From contig JBBDYJ010000034.1 in NCBI GenBank assembly GCA_040901675.1, forward strand, positions 1 through 47,993: a stretch of DNA of 47,993 nucleotides. The letters run 5' to 3'. Position 1 is the first letter of the stretch. Every line of letters begins with the position of its first letter. The notes under the pieces are model-generated. The model made no database searches. It saw only the letters and a program-made list of their open reading frames with translations, and was not told the DNA's origin. Shown in pieces: positions 25,193 through 39,170 of the stretch. Made by a program: the position numbers and the translations under genes. The DNA is from Pirellulales bacterium (GTDB taxonomy: Bacteria > Planctomycetota > Planctomycetia > Pirellulales > JAICIG01).

Positions 25193-26470
25193 GTGTGGCA
25201 GACGTTATTCCACATTCGGCCCGAGTGGCTTACCTGGATGCTCATCGCGTGGGCCGCGTGCAGCGTGCTGCTGCTGGGCCGCCTGGCGTGGAAGCAGCGC
25301 TTCAATGCCGACACGCTGGGCTACATTCCGGTCCTGGCGGTGCTGGGGGTGATGATCGGGGTGGTGCTGCCGGCCTTGAGCGAGGAGCAGGGGCTGCCGA
25401 TCCGCGGCTACGGGGTGATGCTGCTGGTGGCGTTCGTCTCCGGCGTGTCGCTGGCCGTCTGGCGGGCACGGCGGATGGGCCTCGACACGGAAATCATCTT
25501 TTCGCTGGCTTTCTGGGTGTTCATCGCCGGCATCGTGGGCGCACGGCTGTTCTACGTGATCGAGTATTGGGAAAAGTTCAAGCAGGACACGGTCTGGAAA
25601 ACGCTGGTCGAAGTAGTCAAGGTCACCGAGGGAGGGCTGGTCGTTTACGGCTCGGCGATCGGGGTCGGCATAGCGCTGTTGTTGTTCGTGCGCAGGCACA
25701 AGCTGCCGGGGCTGGCGCTGGCCGATCTGATTGCTCCCAGCACGATGCTCGGTTTGGCGCTGGGGCGGCTGGGATGCTTCCTGAATGGCTGCTGCTTTGG
25801 CGACGTCTGCCAACTGCCTTGGGCCGTGCAGTTTCCCTGGCAAAGCCCGCCTCACGTCCGGCAGATCGAACGGGGACAGCTCTACCTGCACGGACTGCAG
25901 TTGCCGGGCACCGCGGGCCAGGCCGCCGTAGTGGAGAAGGTCGAGCCAGGTTCGCCGGCCGAGCGCGCGGGAGTGAGGGCCGGCGAGCGGATCGTGCGCG
26001 TCGCGGGCGGCGGCGTCGACGAGCGGGTGACGAACGTCGAGGAGGCGCAGGCGGCCCTGCTCTCGATCCATGTCCCGGGCGATCCGATCACGGTTTTCAC
26101 CGGCAACGGCCAGGCATCCAAGACGTGGACGGTCGAGCAGCCGCTGGGCCGCAGCCTGCCGATCCATCCGGCCCAGCTTTACAGCGCGATCGACGCCGGG
26201 CTTTTGTGCCTGTTTTTGCTGGCTTACTATCCTTACCGGAGGCGTGATGGCGAGGTGTTTGCCCTGCTGATCACGATCCACCCCGTGTCGCGGTTCCTGC
26301 TGGAGGTGATCCGGACGGACGAAACGGCCGTGTTCGGCACCGGCCTGAGCATTTCGCAGAACGTAAGCTTGTTGATGCTGGCAGCGGCGGCGGGGCTGTG
26401 GGTCTGGTTGTTGCGGCGGCCGCGTGGTTCGGCCTGGCCGCTGCAAGTGACGGCGGCAGCGCGGGTTTGA
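25193..26470 (+). CDS. lgt: Prolipoprotein diacylglyceryl transferase with inserted PDZ domain
   Basis: IRGYGVM, GARLFYV, GRLGCFLNGCCFG, HPAQLY, RFLLEVIR; insert VEPGSPAERAGVRAGERIV. Confidence 0.9.
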   Translation: MWQTLFHIRPEWLTWMLIAWAACSVLLLGRLAWKQRFNADTLGYIPVLAVLGVMIGVVLPALSEEQGLPIRGYGVMLLVAFVSGVSLAVWRARRMGLDTEIIFSLAFWVFIAGIVGARLFYVIEYWEKFKQDTVWKTLVEVVKVTEGGLVVYGSAIGVGIALLLFVRRHKLPGLALADLIAPSTMLGLALGRLGCFLNGCCFGDVCQLPWAVQFPWQSPPHVRQIERGQLYLHGLQLPGTAGQAAVVEKVEPGSPAERAGVRAGERIVRVAGGGVDERVTNVEEAQAALLSIHVPGDPITVFTGNGQASKTWTVEQPLGRSLPIHPAQLYSAIDAGLLCLFLLAYYPYRRRDGEVFALLITIHPVSRFLLEVIRTDETAVFGTGLSISQNVSLLMLAAAAGLWVWLLRRPRGSAWPLQVTAAARV

Positions 26471-26587
26471 CAAGCCGCGGCCGCGGCGGGATGATGCCGT
26501 TTGGAAGCGACCCGCGGAAGAGGCGGTTTATAGGGGTTGCGCGGGCGGAACTTTCGGCTCGCGCCGGGCGTCCAAGGTTTTGCTGCC

Positions 26588-27166
26588 GTGGTGGAAGACA
26601 GCCATCCAATCGACGAATCGCGGCTCATCGACGAGACGCTGGCGGGCGATTCGGCCGCGTTCGGGCGGTTGGTGGGCAAGTATCAGGACCGGCTCTACAA
26701 CACGATGGCGCACCTGGTGGGCCTGGAAGACGCCCGCGACCTGGTGCAAGACGCGTTCGTGCAGGCATTCGTGAAGCTGGAGACGTTCCAGCGCACCAGT
26801 GCGTTTTACACCTGGCTGTACCGCATCGCGTTCAACCTGGCCATGAGCCGGAAACGCCGGCAAAGGCCGAGCGTTTCCATGGATGGGCTCCGCGAGCGGA
26901 CCGGGCACGAGCCGGTCGATGGTTCGGCGGCGCCGCAGGACCGATTGGAACAACAGGAACTGGCCGGCCAGGTGCAGGCGGCCCTGGCCACGCTGAGCGA
27001 GGAGCACCGGATCGTGCTGGTGCTGCGAGAGATGGACGGCTGCTGCTATGAAACGATCGCCGAGATCCTCGAGCTGCCGGTGGGCACTGTCCGCAGCCGG
27101 TTGCACCGGGGGCGGATGCAACTTCGCGAACATCTGAAACAAGTGCTGCAAGTCGACCATCCCTAA
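26588..27166 (+). CDS. ECF RNA polymerase sigma factor
   Basis: DLVQDAFV, FYTWLYRIAFN, YETIAEILELPVGTVRSRLHRGR; start uncertain. Confidence 0.93.
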   Translation: MVEDSHPIDESRLIDETLAGDSAAFGRLVGKYQDRLYNTMAHLVGLEDARDLVQDAFVQAFVKLETFQRTSAFYTWLYRIAFNLAMSRKRRQRPSVSMDGLRERTGHEPVDGSAAPQDRLEQQELAGQVQAALATLSEEHRIVLVLREMDGCCYETIAEILELPVGTVRSRLHRGRMQLREHLKQVLQVDHP

Positions 27167-27192
27167 AGAGAATATCCCCTAAAGAGAATATC
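27161..27192. repeat. Exact 16-bp tandem duplication CCCTAAAGAGAATATC x2 spanning the sigma stop codon
   Basis: 27161-27176 is identical to 27177-27192. Confidence 0.9.
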
Positions 27193-27216
27193 CGCTTGAG
27201 CCGCGGCCAACAGGTC

Positions 27217-29136
27217 ATGAACCCGACTCCAAACGACGAACTTCTCAGCGCGTACTTGGACGACGAACTGTCGGCCGACGAGCGCGCCCGCGTCGAGCGG
27301 CTGCTGGCCGAGCAGCCCGAGAGCCGAGCGCTGCTGGAGGATCTCCGCGCCTTGCGCAGCGGTCTGGAATCGCTGCCGCGCCACCGCTTGGAGGGGAATT
27401 TTGCCGAACGCGTGCTGCGGCGTGCCGAGCGCGAGATGCTGGCGCCTGAATTGGAGGCGGGCCGACCGGACAGGCTGCGCGAGTTGCCCGGCACTTCGTC
27501 CGCCTCTGCAGCGGCCGTTTCGCGGTCCGCGAGCGATGCGATGGCCGACGAGGACGGTTCCGTCAGTCCGCCGGAGGCGAACTGGCCATGGCGGGCCGGA
27601 CGCCGAACGTGGGCCTGGGCCGGGCTGGCCGCCGCGGCGGCGCTGTTGGTCATGTTGTTCACCCCCGACCGCGTGGCCGATCGCGAGGCGGAACACCTCG
27701 CCCGGGCACCGGACCCGGCGGCCTTGCCCGCGGCGGGCGATCTGCGAGCCCCCCGCGACGGCGAGCGCGAGGACTCGATCGAACTGAGGATGGACAAGCC
27801 CGCCGGTCCGCGCGGGCCCATGAGCAAGGCGGCCCCGCCCGCTGCCGGAAACGGAAGCATTGAGGCACCGTTCGCGAATGACCAGCAGGATTTTGACCAG
27901 CGGGATTTTAGCGGCAAGGAGGGACGAGCGGAGAACGAAAGCAAGTCTGGCCAGTCAGATCGCCCGATGCGATCGAAGTCGCCGGAAGCAGGCGCGTCGC
28001 GGGCGCCGACGCAACAACCCGAGGCGGCGCCCACGCCACAAGCGCCCGCGGCGGCCGGGGGAGCGGGGGCGCGCAGTGCTGCCCGCGACTCGATGCCCGA
28101 TGATCAGCCTGTCCAACGGGCGAGACGGACAGCGCGGCCGCAGCCCTCGCGGGCCGCGGGCCAGGCTGGCCAGTCGGCGCGGGAACTCGGCCGACAATCT
28201 GATCTCGATGCTGATCTCGAGGCGGGCACGCCAACTTATCGCTTCGACGCGGCGGACGAGGACGTGCTGGTCGTGGTCTGCGACGTGCCCGACAGCGCGA
28301 CATACCGCAAGACGTTCGAGAGCTTGCTGGCAGGGCAGAACATTGATCTGGACTCACCAGTCGAGTTGAAAGAGGAGCGACAGCGGCCGGCTGACGATCA
28401 GGCGGACGCCGCCCGCCCTTCCACGGAGAACATGGCGACGCTGCAGCGGCGACTCGCGGCGGGCGCCCTCGATCGAGTCGCCAAGCAATCGCTGGGAAGT
28501 GCCCAGATCGATCAGGACGCGTTCGCAGGCCGTCTCGGCGACCAGGCGGTCCAGGAAATCGTCTACGTCGAGGCGACCGCCGAACAGCTCGAGGCCACGC
28601 TGGAGAACATGGCGGAGTCTGAAACGTTTCTCAAAATCGCGGTCGATCCGGCGCCGGCGGTTCCCGCCCAGGAGAATTGGTACTTCTATAGTCGTAGTCG
28701 CAAGCTGGCCGAGCTTGCCGATGAAACGCTTGAAGCGGGCCAGCGCCAGGGGCGGGAGCAAAAAGCGGCCAAATTGCGAGCCGGCGGCCTGTCTAAAGAC
28801 TTCAAAAAAGAAAAGGCGCCGGCCGAGCGGGATGTCGCCGCCGAGGCGCCAAGAGGCAAGGCACAGCGTTACGAGCTGGCGCCGATCGACTCTGCCGACG
28901 AGAAGTCGGACGCGCTGGGCGGCCTCAGCCCGGGTCTCTCGCCCAAACTGGGTCAACAGGTGCAGCGCCGGCAGGCAGCGGGCAAGGATGCCGGCAAGGC
29001 AGCCCCCGGCCGTGGGGCCGGCGAGCGGCGCGACGCCCAGACCGATCTGTACCGTGCGGTCTTTGTGTTTCGGGCGCTGCCGGAGGCTGCTTCCGAACCC
29101 GCGGCCGAATCGGCCCCGCCCGCCGCCAAGAAGTAG
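27217..29136 (+). CDS. Anti-sigma factor (zf-HC2-like N-terminus, one TM, long low-complexity extracytoplasmic region)
   Basis: ELLSAYLDDELSADERARVERLL; TM WAWAGLAAAAALLVMLF; directly after the ECF sigma gene. Confidence 0.85.
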   Translation: MNPTPNDELLSAYLDDELSADERARVERLLAEQPESRALLEDLRALRSGLESLPRHRLEGNFAERVLRRAEREMLAPELEAGRPDRLRELPGTSSASAAAVSRSASDAMADEDGSVSPPEANWPWRAGRRTWAWAGLAAAAALLVMLFTPDRVADREAEHLARAPDPAALPAAGDLRAPRDGEREDSIELRMDKPAGPRGPMSKAAPPAAGNGSIEAPFANDQQDFDQRDFSGKEGRAENESKSGQSDRPMRSKSPEAGASRAPTQQPEAAPTPQAPAAAGGAGARSAARDSMPDDQPVQRARRTARPQPSRAAGQAGQSARELGRQSDLDADLEAGTPTYRFDAADEDVLVVVCDVPDSATYRKTFESLLAGQNIDLDSPVELKEERQRPADDQADAARPSTENMATLQRRLAAGALDRVAKQSLGSAQIDQDAFAGRLGDQAVQEIVYVEATAEQLEATLENMAESETFLKIAVDPAPAVPAQENWYFYSRSRKLAELADETLEAGQRQGREQKAAKLRAGGLSKDFKKEKAPAERDVAAEAPRGKAQRYELAPIDSADEKSDALGGLSPGLSPKLGQQVQRRQAAGKDAGKAAPGRGAGERRDAQTDLYRAVFVFRALPEAASEPAAESAPPAAKK

Positions 29137-29624
29137 GCAGGAGGAGGAAGGCAGAAGGCAGCAGGCAGATCTTGGTACTTAGCACTTGGTACTTGGGAAA
29201 GACGCCCAAGCCGCAGCGCAGACCTCCGACCTGTGACTTCTGACTCTGACTTCTGACCTCCGACTTCTGAGCTCCGACTTCTGACTTCTGTCCACTGACC
29301 GCTGTCCTGGGGCACGCTGCCGCTTTGCCACCAGCCACCCGGCCGCCAGCCGTCCTCCGCGCGACGCCGCGGCCGGCGGCCTCCAAGCAGTGGCACCCCG
29401 ATCGGCAGTGGCACCCGACACGTTATCCCCAAGCCGGGGCGGGTGCGGCCGGTTTCGGCAGAATGTGCAAGTGACGCCGGCTAAGAGCCTTGAGGCATCG
29501 ATCGGCCCGCGGCTGGTTGTTCAGGCGCCTGGTCGCGCACATGCCGTGCCGTCGAGCATTAGAATCATCTCGACTTCGGCCATCGGAGCCGCACCGCAGG
29601 CAGCACGCACAGGATGCATTGCAC

Positions 29625-30464
29625 GTGAACGATCAACCAGGTTTCGAGACGATCGAGGCGGATGAGACCTCGCTGGAGTTCGTCGGACAGTGGCAGACGC
29701 TCATCAGCACCACCAACTGGGAGAAGGGACGCATCATCCATGAATGGCGGCAAGCCTTGCGGGCCGCCGGGGCCGAAGCGGTGGAGTATTCCGATGATTC
29801 GTGGAGCCGGCGCGTCGGCCAGGTGAGCCCGCAGCACGTGGGGCGCCTGCGGCGGGTGTACGAACGCTTCGGCGCGGCGCGGGGCAGTTTTTCTGGCTTG
29901 TACTGGAGCCATTTCCAGGCCGCCTTGGACTGGCCGGACGCCGAGATGTGGCTGGAGGGAGCGATTCAAAACGCCTGGTCGATCAGCCAGATGCGAGCCA
30001 GCCGCTGGGAGACGTTGGGACCGCGCGACGAGGCACCACCGCGCGACGAAGACATCGTGGCGTCGGAGATGGACGAAGACTTCGTGCCCGCTGAGCACGA
30101 GATGGCGGCCGTGCTCGATCCATCCGACTCGGCCCGGGCGGGATCGGTGCGGGCAGACCAGGCGCGCCGGCGGGGACAGGGAGACGACGGCAAAGCCACC
30201 TCCGGGGACGACTCCGGGAGTTCCGAGTGGGACTCGCCGCAAAGCGGCACTGAGTTCGATGCCCGCGGATTGGAAGGGGACGCCGCGGTGCAACCCTTTG
30301 CGCACCTGGGGGAACTGCCGGACGACCTGGCCGAAGCGTTCGAGGCCTACAAGCTGGCGATCTTGCACCACAAGCTGGAGGGGTGGCGCCAGACCAGCCG
30401 GAACGACGTTCTGGCCAGCCTCGATGCTCTAAAAAAGCTGGTGACGGCCCCCAGCGAGGGGTGA
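29625..30464 (+). CDS. Hypothetical protein upstream of gyrA
   Basis: Trp-rich globular N-domain (LISTTNWEKGRII...HVGRLRRVY...LYWSHF), acidic linker, helical C-domain; probable GTG start at 29625. Confidence 0.75.
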   Translation: MNDQPGFETIEADETSLEFVGQWQTLISTTNWEKGRIIHEWRQALRAAGAEAVEYSDDSWSRRVGQVSPQHVGRLRRVYERFGAARGSFSGLYWSHFQAALDWPDAEMWLEGAIQNAWSISQMRASRWETLGPRDEAPPRDEDIVASEMDEDFVPAEHEMAAVLDPSDSARAGSVRADQARRRGQGDDGKATSGDDSGSSEWDSPQSGTEFDARGLEGDAAVQPFAHLGELPDDLAEAFEAYKLAILHHKLEGWRQTSRNDVLASLDALKKLVTAPSEG

Positions 30465-30708
30465 AATCCGGGGCTATTTCCATGGGCCTTGCCGGTCCCG
30501 CCCGTGAGGCTGGAGCACGCGTCGCAAGCTCTGGATTTGAAAGAATTTGCGACGCCATCTTTTGGCGATGTTTGAATTGCGGCGGTGCGGAAAAACGGGT
30601 ATATTGATCGCTTGCCATCGACCGCTCGCCCGACCTGTTTTGGTCCACCCAGTGGAGGGGTTTCGGCGGGGGTTCTTTTAGCTCCCATTTGCTAGCCAGG
30701 AGGTGGTT

Positions 30709-34523
<3,815 letters not shown>

Positions 34524-34660
34524 TGGACCCCACGGGCGCCGCAACTGGCCCAAAACGTGGGAGGTGCTGGAGAATTGCGCCGGACGGCATCCGGCTCCGG
34601 CGGGGCTGAAGGATCAGCTCGTGCGAACCCAAGTCGCACCGCTAAGCAAGGAGGACTCGA

Positions 34661-35629
34661 TTGAAGGCTCTCATCACGGGCGTGACGGGCTTTGCCGGCG
34701 GCCATCTGGCAGAGCACCTGCTGGAGACGGGCGACCAGGTGCTGGGCTGCTCCAGTTCCGGACGCTGGCCCGACTGGGCCGGCGGCGCTGTGCGTGGCGG
34801 CGTGCCCCTGGTGGTCTGGGACTTCGCGGGCCAATCGCGCCCCGCTGACAGAGGGCTGGCTCAGGTCGTCGAGTTCGCTCCCGATTGCATCTACCATCTG
34901 GCCGCCCTGAGCGTTCCCGACGACTGTGGCCATGAGCAACCGACCCCCCGGGCCCGGGCCGTGAACGTCGAGGGAACCATGCGCGTGCTCGAGCTGGCCG
35001 CCTCGCTCAGTCCACAGCCGCGCGTGCTGTTTGTCAGCACCAGCCACGTCTATTCGCCGGTGACGACCGAGCGGCCCCAAGTCGATGAAACAGCGCCCCT
35101 GGGGCCGCGGCGAGGCTACGGCATGACCAAGCTGGCGGCCGAGGAGAAGGTGCGTATCGTGGGGCGTGATCTGCAGCTCGACACGCTGATTGTACGGGCC
35201 TTCCAGCACACCGGGCCGGGGCAGACGGCCCCCATGATGTTGCCGCAGTGGGCGTCGCAGTTCGCCCGCGACGGGGGCGGGCCGGTCCGCGTCAAGAACC
35301 GGGAGGCCTGGATCGACTTAAGCGACGTGCGCGACGTGGTGCGTGCCTACCGGTTGCTCGCCCTGCACGGCGAGCCGGGGGGGACATACAACGTCGGCTC
35401 GGGCGTCAACCGCCGCACGGGCGACATCCTCGACCTCTTGGCGGAATTGTGCGGCTCGCGGCGTGCGGTCGTGGAAAGCCAACCGGGCCTCAAGCAGGAC
35501 CCGATTGCCGACATCAGCCGGCTGGCGGCTCGGACCGGCTGGCGGCCTCAAATCCCGCTGGCGCGGACACTGGCCGACACGCTCGACTACTGGCGGCGGC
35601 GTGAACTACACTATGTTCAGGCAGTGTAG
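34661..35629 (+). CDS. NAD-dependent epimerase/reductase, probably GDP-4-keto-6-deoxy-mannose reductase (Rmd-like)
   Basis: ITGVTGFAG, YGMTK, RAFQHTGPGQ, DVRDVVRAY; follows gmd. Confidence 0.8.
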   Translation: MKALITGVTGFAGGHLAEHLLETGDQVLGCSSSGRWPDWAGGAVRGGVPLVVWDFAGQSRPADRGLAQVVEFAPDCIYHLAALSVPDDCGHEQPTPRARAVNVEGTMRVLELAASLSPQPRVLFVSTSHVYSPVTTERPQVDETAPLGPRRGYGMTKLAAEEKVRIVGRDLQLDTLIVRAFQHTGPGQTAPMMLPQWASQFARDGGGPVRVKNREAWIDLSDVRDVVRAYRLLALHGEPGGTYNVGSGVNRRTGDILDLLAELCGSRRAVVESQPGLKQDPIADISRLAARTGWRPQIPLARTLADTLDYWRRRELHYVQAV

Positions 35630-35653
35630 CAAGCGAGTTTTTGAGAGCCGTCC

Positions 35654-36970
35654 ATGAAGATTGCGGTCATCGGTACCGGGTATGTGGGTTTGGTCACCGG
35701 AACGTGTTTCGCCGAGACGGGCAACGACGTAACCTGCGTCGACGTCGACGAGCGGAAGATCCGGGCTTTGCAGCAGGGCGAAATCCCGATCTACGAGCCT
35801 GGACTGGCTGAAATGGTGGCCAGCAACGCCGACGACGGCCGCTTGCACTTCACGACCGATCTGGCTTTGGCCGTGCGGCCGGCCCACCTGGTATTTCTGG
35901 CGGTGGGCACGCCGAGCGCGGACGACGGGTCGGCCGATCTGTCGAGCCTGTGGACCGTGGTCGACCAACTGGCTTCACATCTTTCGCCGCAGGCGATTGT
36001 GGTCACCAAGAGCACGGTGCCCGTGGGCACCAATGCGGCGATTTTCCAGCGGCTGCGCCAGCGGACGGGCCGCGATTGCGACGTGGCCAGCAACCCCGAG
36101 TTCCTCAAGGAAGGGGCGGCCATCGAGGATTTCATGAAACCCGACCGGGTGGTGGTCGGCGTGCGGCGGCCGGAAGCCGGCGCGGTGCTGCGCGAGCTGT
36201 ACGCTCCCTTTCTCCGCACGGAGAAGCCGTTTCTGGTCATGTCTCCCGAAAGCGCGGAGATGACCAAGTACGTCGCCAACGCCTTGCTCTCCACCAAGAT
36301 CAGCTTCATCAACGAGATTGCCAATCTCTGCGAACGGATGGAGGCCGACATCAACGACGTCCGCCGGGGGATCGGCCACGACAGCCGGATCGGCTTCGCC
36401 TTCCTCTTTCCCGGCGTGGGCTACGGCGGAAGCTGCTTCCCCAAGGACGTGCGGGCCTTGCAAGCCATGGCCCGGGCCACGAACGTCGAGCCCACCTTGC
36501 TCAGGGCCGTCGACGCCGTGAACGAGCGGCAGAAGCGGGTGATGTTCGCCAAGCTGTCCCGCCACTTCGGAGACCAGTTCGAGGGGCGCAAGGTGGCCAT
36601 CTGGGGCCTGGCCTTCAAGCCCCGCACCGACGACATCCGCGAGGCGCCGGCCCTGGTGCTGGTCGACGAGCTGCTCGCTCGAGGAGCCCACGTGCAGGCC
36701 CACGACCCGGAAGCCATGGAGCACGTGCGCGGGCACTACGGCGACAAGATCGGCTATTTCGAGAGCAAGTACGACGCGCTGAACGGCGCCGAAGCACTGG
36801 CGATCATGACCGAATGGAAGGAGTTCGTTCATCCCGACTTTGACGAGATGCGGCGGCGGATGAAGTCGCCGGTGATTTTCGACGGCCGCAACATCTACGA
36901 ACCGTCGCAGATGACGTCGCACGGCTTCAGCTATCATTGCATCGGCCGGTCGGCCGTCAGCCCGGCATAG
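35654..36970 (+). CDS. ugd: UDP-glucose/GDP-mannose 6-dehydrogenase
   Basis: [32 protein letters not shown]. Confidence 0.95.
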   Translation: MKIAVIGTGYVGLVTGTCFAETGNDVTCVDVDERKIRALQQGEIPIYEPGLAEMVASNADDGRLHFTTDLALAVRPAHLVFLAVGTPSADDGSADLSSLWTVVDQLASHLSPQAIVVTKSTVPVGTNAAIFQRLRQRTGRDCDVASNPEFLKEGAAIEDFMKPDRVVVGVRRPEAGAVLRELYAPFLRTEKPFLVMSPESAEMTKYVANALLSTKISFINEIANLCERMEADINDVRRGIGHDSRIGFAFLFPGVGYGGSCFPKDVRALQAMARATNVEPTLLRAVDAVNERQKRVMFAKLSRHFGDQFEGRKVAIWGLAFKPRTDDIREAPALVLVDELLARGAHVQAHDPEAMEHVRGHYGDKIGYFESKYDALNGAEALAIMTEWKEFVHPDFDEMRRRMKSPVIFDGRNIYEPSQMTSHGFSYHCIGRSAVSPA

Positions 36971-37283
36971 ACAGCTCCCCCGCCATCCATTCCAGGTAGG
37001 CCGCGTGTCCCGTTTCGACGCGCGTGACCAGCAGCTCCGGGACGTCGTAGGGGTGCAGCGCCAGCACGGCTTCTTCCAGGGCCGGGTACAGGTCGAGCCG
37101 GCTTTTGATGATCAGTTGCCACTCCTCCGACGTCTCGAGGTTGCCCTGCCACCAGTAGCTGCTCTCGATCGGCCCGCCGATCTGCACGCAGGCGGCCAAG
37201 CGGCGCTTGAGCAGCTCGTCGGCGATAGCTCGGGCCTGTTCCTTGCGGGCAGTCGTCGAAACCACCTGGATGTAATCGGGCAT
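36957..37283 (-). CDS. cutA: Divalent-cation tolerance protein CutA
   Basis: LAACVQI...YWWQG...HPYDVPE...YLEW; start ATG 37283. Confidence 0.92.
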   Translation of the reverse strand: MPDYIQVVSTTARKEQARAIADELLKRRLAACVQIGGPIESSYWWQGNLETSEEWQLIIKSRLDLYPALEEAVLALHPYDVPELLVTRVETGHAAYLEWMAGELSMPG

Positions 37284-37373
37284 GGCATGGGTTCCTGGGG
37301 CCGCCGGCGGACTAGCCCCGAGCCGAACACGGGCCGCGCGGTGGCGGCAATTGAGGTTCCAGCGCGGGGCGAC

Positions 37374-39158
37374 ATGGAAGATAATGCCGCCCCCGGCCGC
37401 CAGATGCAATGGTGCGCCGAGGCAACCGCCTGGTCCGTGCCGTCCGGAGTCTTCAGACGCTTGTCCACTTCGACTCTCACCCCAGCGCCGCCGGGCCATG
37501 GCGGCCGGCAGGCCCGGATTTGCCCGCCCGGGGACGACACCGGGCCGTGCCGAGGACTCGTCCATCGCTGCGCCAGCGCGGCCAGGCGCCGCATGGCCGG
37601 CGCCTGGCGGTTGCTCATCGGTGACACGCGGCCGCTGGTTCCCTGGGCCGTTGCCCAGTTGCGGTCGATTGCGGGCGGGGGCTCACCGGGCCATTGCGGC
37701 GCCTCGGCGTGCCCGGGGCACCTGGGCCATGCACTGAGCGTCCTGGCGCAATACGGGCAGTGGGACGCCGCCCGCCCGGCATGCCGCTGGCTGCTGGCCA
37801 CTCAATGGGGCGACGGCTCCTTTGCCGATCCGGGACGCTGCTATGCTGCCGTGGCAAGCACGGCGCAGGCGGTCCGTGGCCTGCTCGACATAGAGCAGAA
37901 TTTATCGCCGCCGCTCGCCGCCGCCAGTCCGCAAGTGGATGATCCGGCGCTGGTTCACGATATTGAGGCGGCCGTCCGGCGTGCGTGCGATTATCTTGCC
38001 CAACACTCCGACCCGCTGCGCGCACCCCGTTCGATTCCGGATGGCCCGCCGGAAATGGCACTCGCCGCTCTGCCGTGCCTGGTGCTCGCGGCCCGCAGAT
38101 GGCACGTGGCCGCTTGGGAAGAGGCCGCCCGGGCGACCCTGTCCCAGTTCCGCCGGACGATCGATCTGGCCCAACACGTCGGCCCAACGGCAACCCTTGC
38201 GGATGCGGTCGAGGCCCTGCTCGACATGCACGCTTGTCAGCCGGGCCAGGCCGGCGCCGTTTGCCGCGAACTGGCCAGGGAAGCGATGGCGTTGCCTGCC
38301 GCACTGGCGAGCCGCGAGGGCTGGGTACCCGCCTGCATTGATCCCGGCCGGCGTCTTCGTCCGGCTGCATTGGCGGTCCAAGCGCAAATGGCCTGCCTCT
38401 GGTACCGACTCGGCGAATACGAACCGGCGCGAGCCACCCTGGATCGGGTTCGCAGGCAACTTGCCCGCGACAGGCCTGCAGCAGAGCGAAGAGGCCGGAC
38501 AGGGAGCGACGACCTTCCGTCAATCAGCCAGTTCTTGAAGGCCTCGCTAGTCGAGGTCGAGGCCAGCTTCGAGCGCGAAGTCTGCGGCCTGCCGGCCGCG
38601 ATCGATCCGCGGGACGGCCGGATGCATGTGGTGCGGGAATGGTTCGCGCGGCTGGACCCGCGGTCGAGTCTCGTGGACGCCGGGTGTGGGCCGGGCCGAT
38701 TCCTTGCGCAACTGGCGGTTGAATTCCCGGCGGCCCGATTCACGGGCGTCGACACCTCGAGCCGGTTCGTGTCGGGATTGCCGCATGGCATCGAGGGCCG
38801 GCGTGGAAGCCTTCTCAATTTGCCGGCCGCGGATGGCCAGTTCGATGCCGCGCTGGCCGTGGAGTCGCTGGAGCACGCCTTGCTGGCCCAGCGCGCGGCG
38901 GATGAACTGTGCCGCGTGGTGCGGCCTGGAGGTTCGATCCTGATCATCGACAAGGATCTGGCCAGGCAAGGTCTCTCGGAGCACGAACCGTGGGAGCAGT
39001 GGTTTGCGCCCCATGAAGTGGCCGGATGGTTGTCCCGCCATTGCACGGACGTAGCCGTGCGGCAGGTATGCCACGTGCCTGCCTACCGGAAGCGCCCGCT
39101 TTTTCTTGCCTGGACCGCGCGCCGATCGGGCAGCAGTATCGGGCGCTCGATCGCCTGA
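37374..39158 (+). CDS. Fusion of a prenyltransferase/squalene-cyclase-like helical domain and a class I SAM methyltransferase
   Basis: WLLATQWGDGSF QW-like motif; VDAGCGPGRF, ESLEH, ELCRVVRPGG; start uncertain. Confidence 0.7.
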   Translation: MEDNAAPGRQMQWCAEATAWSVPSGVFRRLSTSTLTPAPPGHGGRQARICPPGDDTGPCRGLVHRCASAARRRMAGAWRLLIGDTRPLVPWAVAQLRSIAGGGSPGHCGASACPGHLGHALSVLAQYGQWDAARPACRWLLATQWGDGSFADPGRCYAAVASTAQAVRGLLDIEQNLSPPLAAASPQVDDPALVHDIEAAVRRACDYLAQHSDPLRAPRSIPDGPPEMALAALPCLVLAARRWHVAAWEEAARATLSQFRRTIDLAQHVGPTATLADAVEALLDMHACQPGQAGAVCRELAREAMALPAALASREGWVPACIDPGRRLRPAALAVQAQMACLWYRLGEYEPARATLDRVRRQLARDRPAAERRGRTGSDDLPSISQFLKASLVEVEASFEREVCGLPAAIDPRDGRMHVVREWFARLDPRSSLVDAGCGPGRFLAQLAVEFPAARFTGVDTSSRFVSGLPHGIEGRRGSLLNLPAADGQFDAALAVESLEHALLAQRAADELCRVVRPGGSILIIDKDLARQGLSEHEPWEQWFAPHEVAGWLSRHCTDVAVRQVCHVPAYRKRPLFLAWTARRSGSSIGRSIA

Positions 39159-39170
39159 GCGTCGCCGGTC

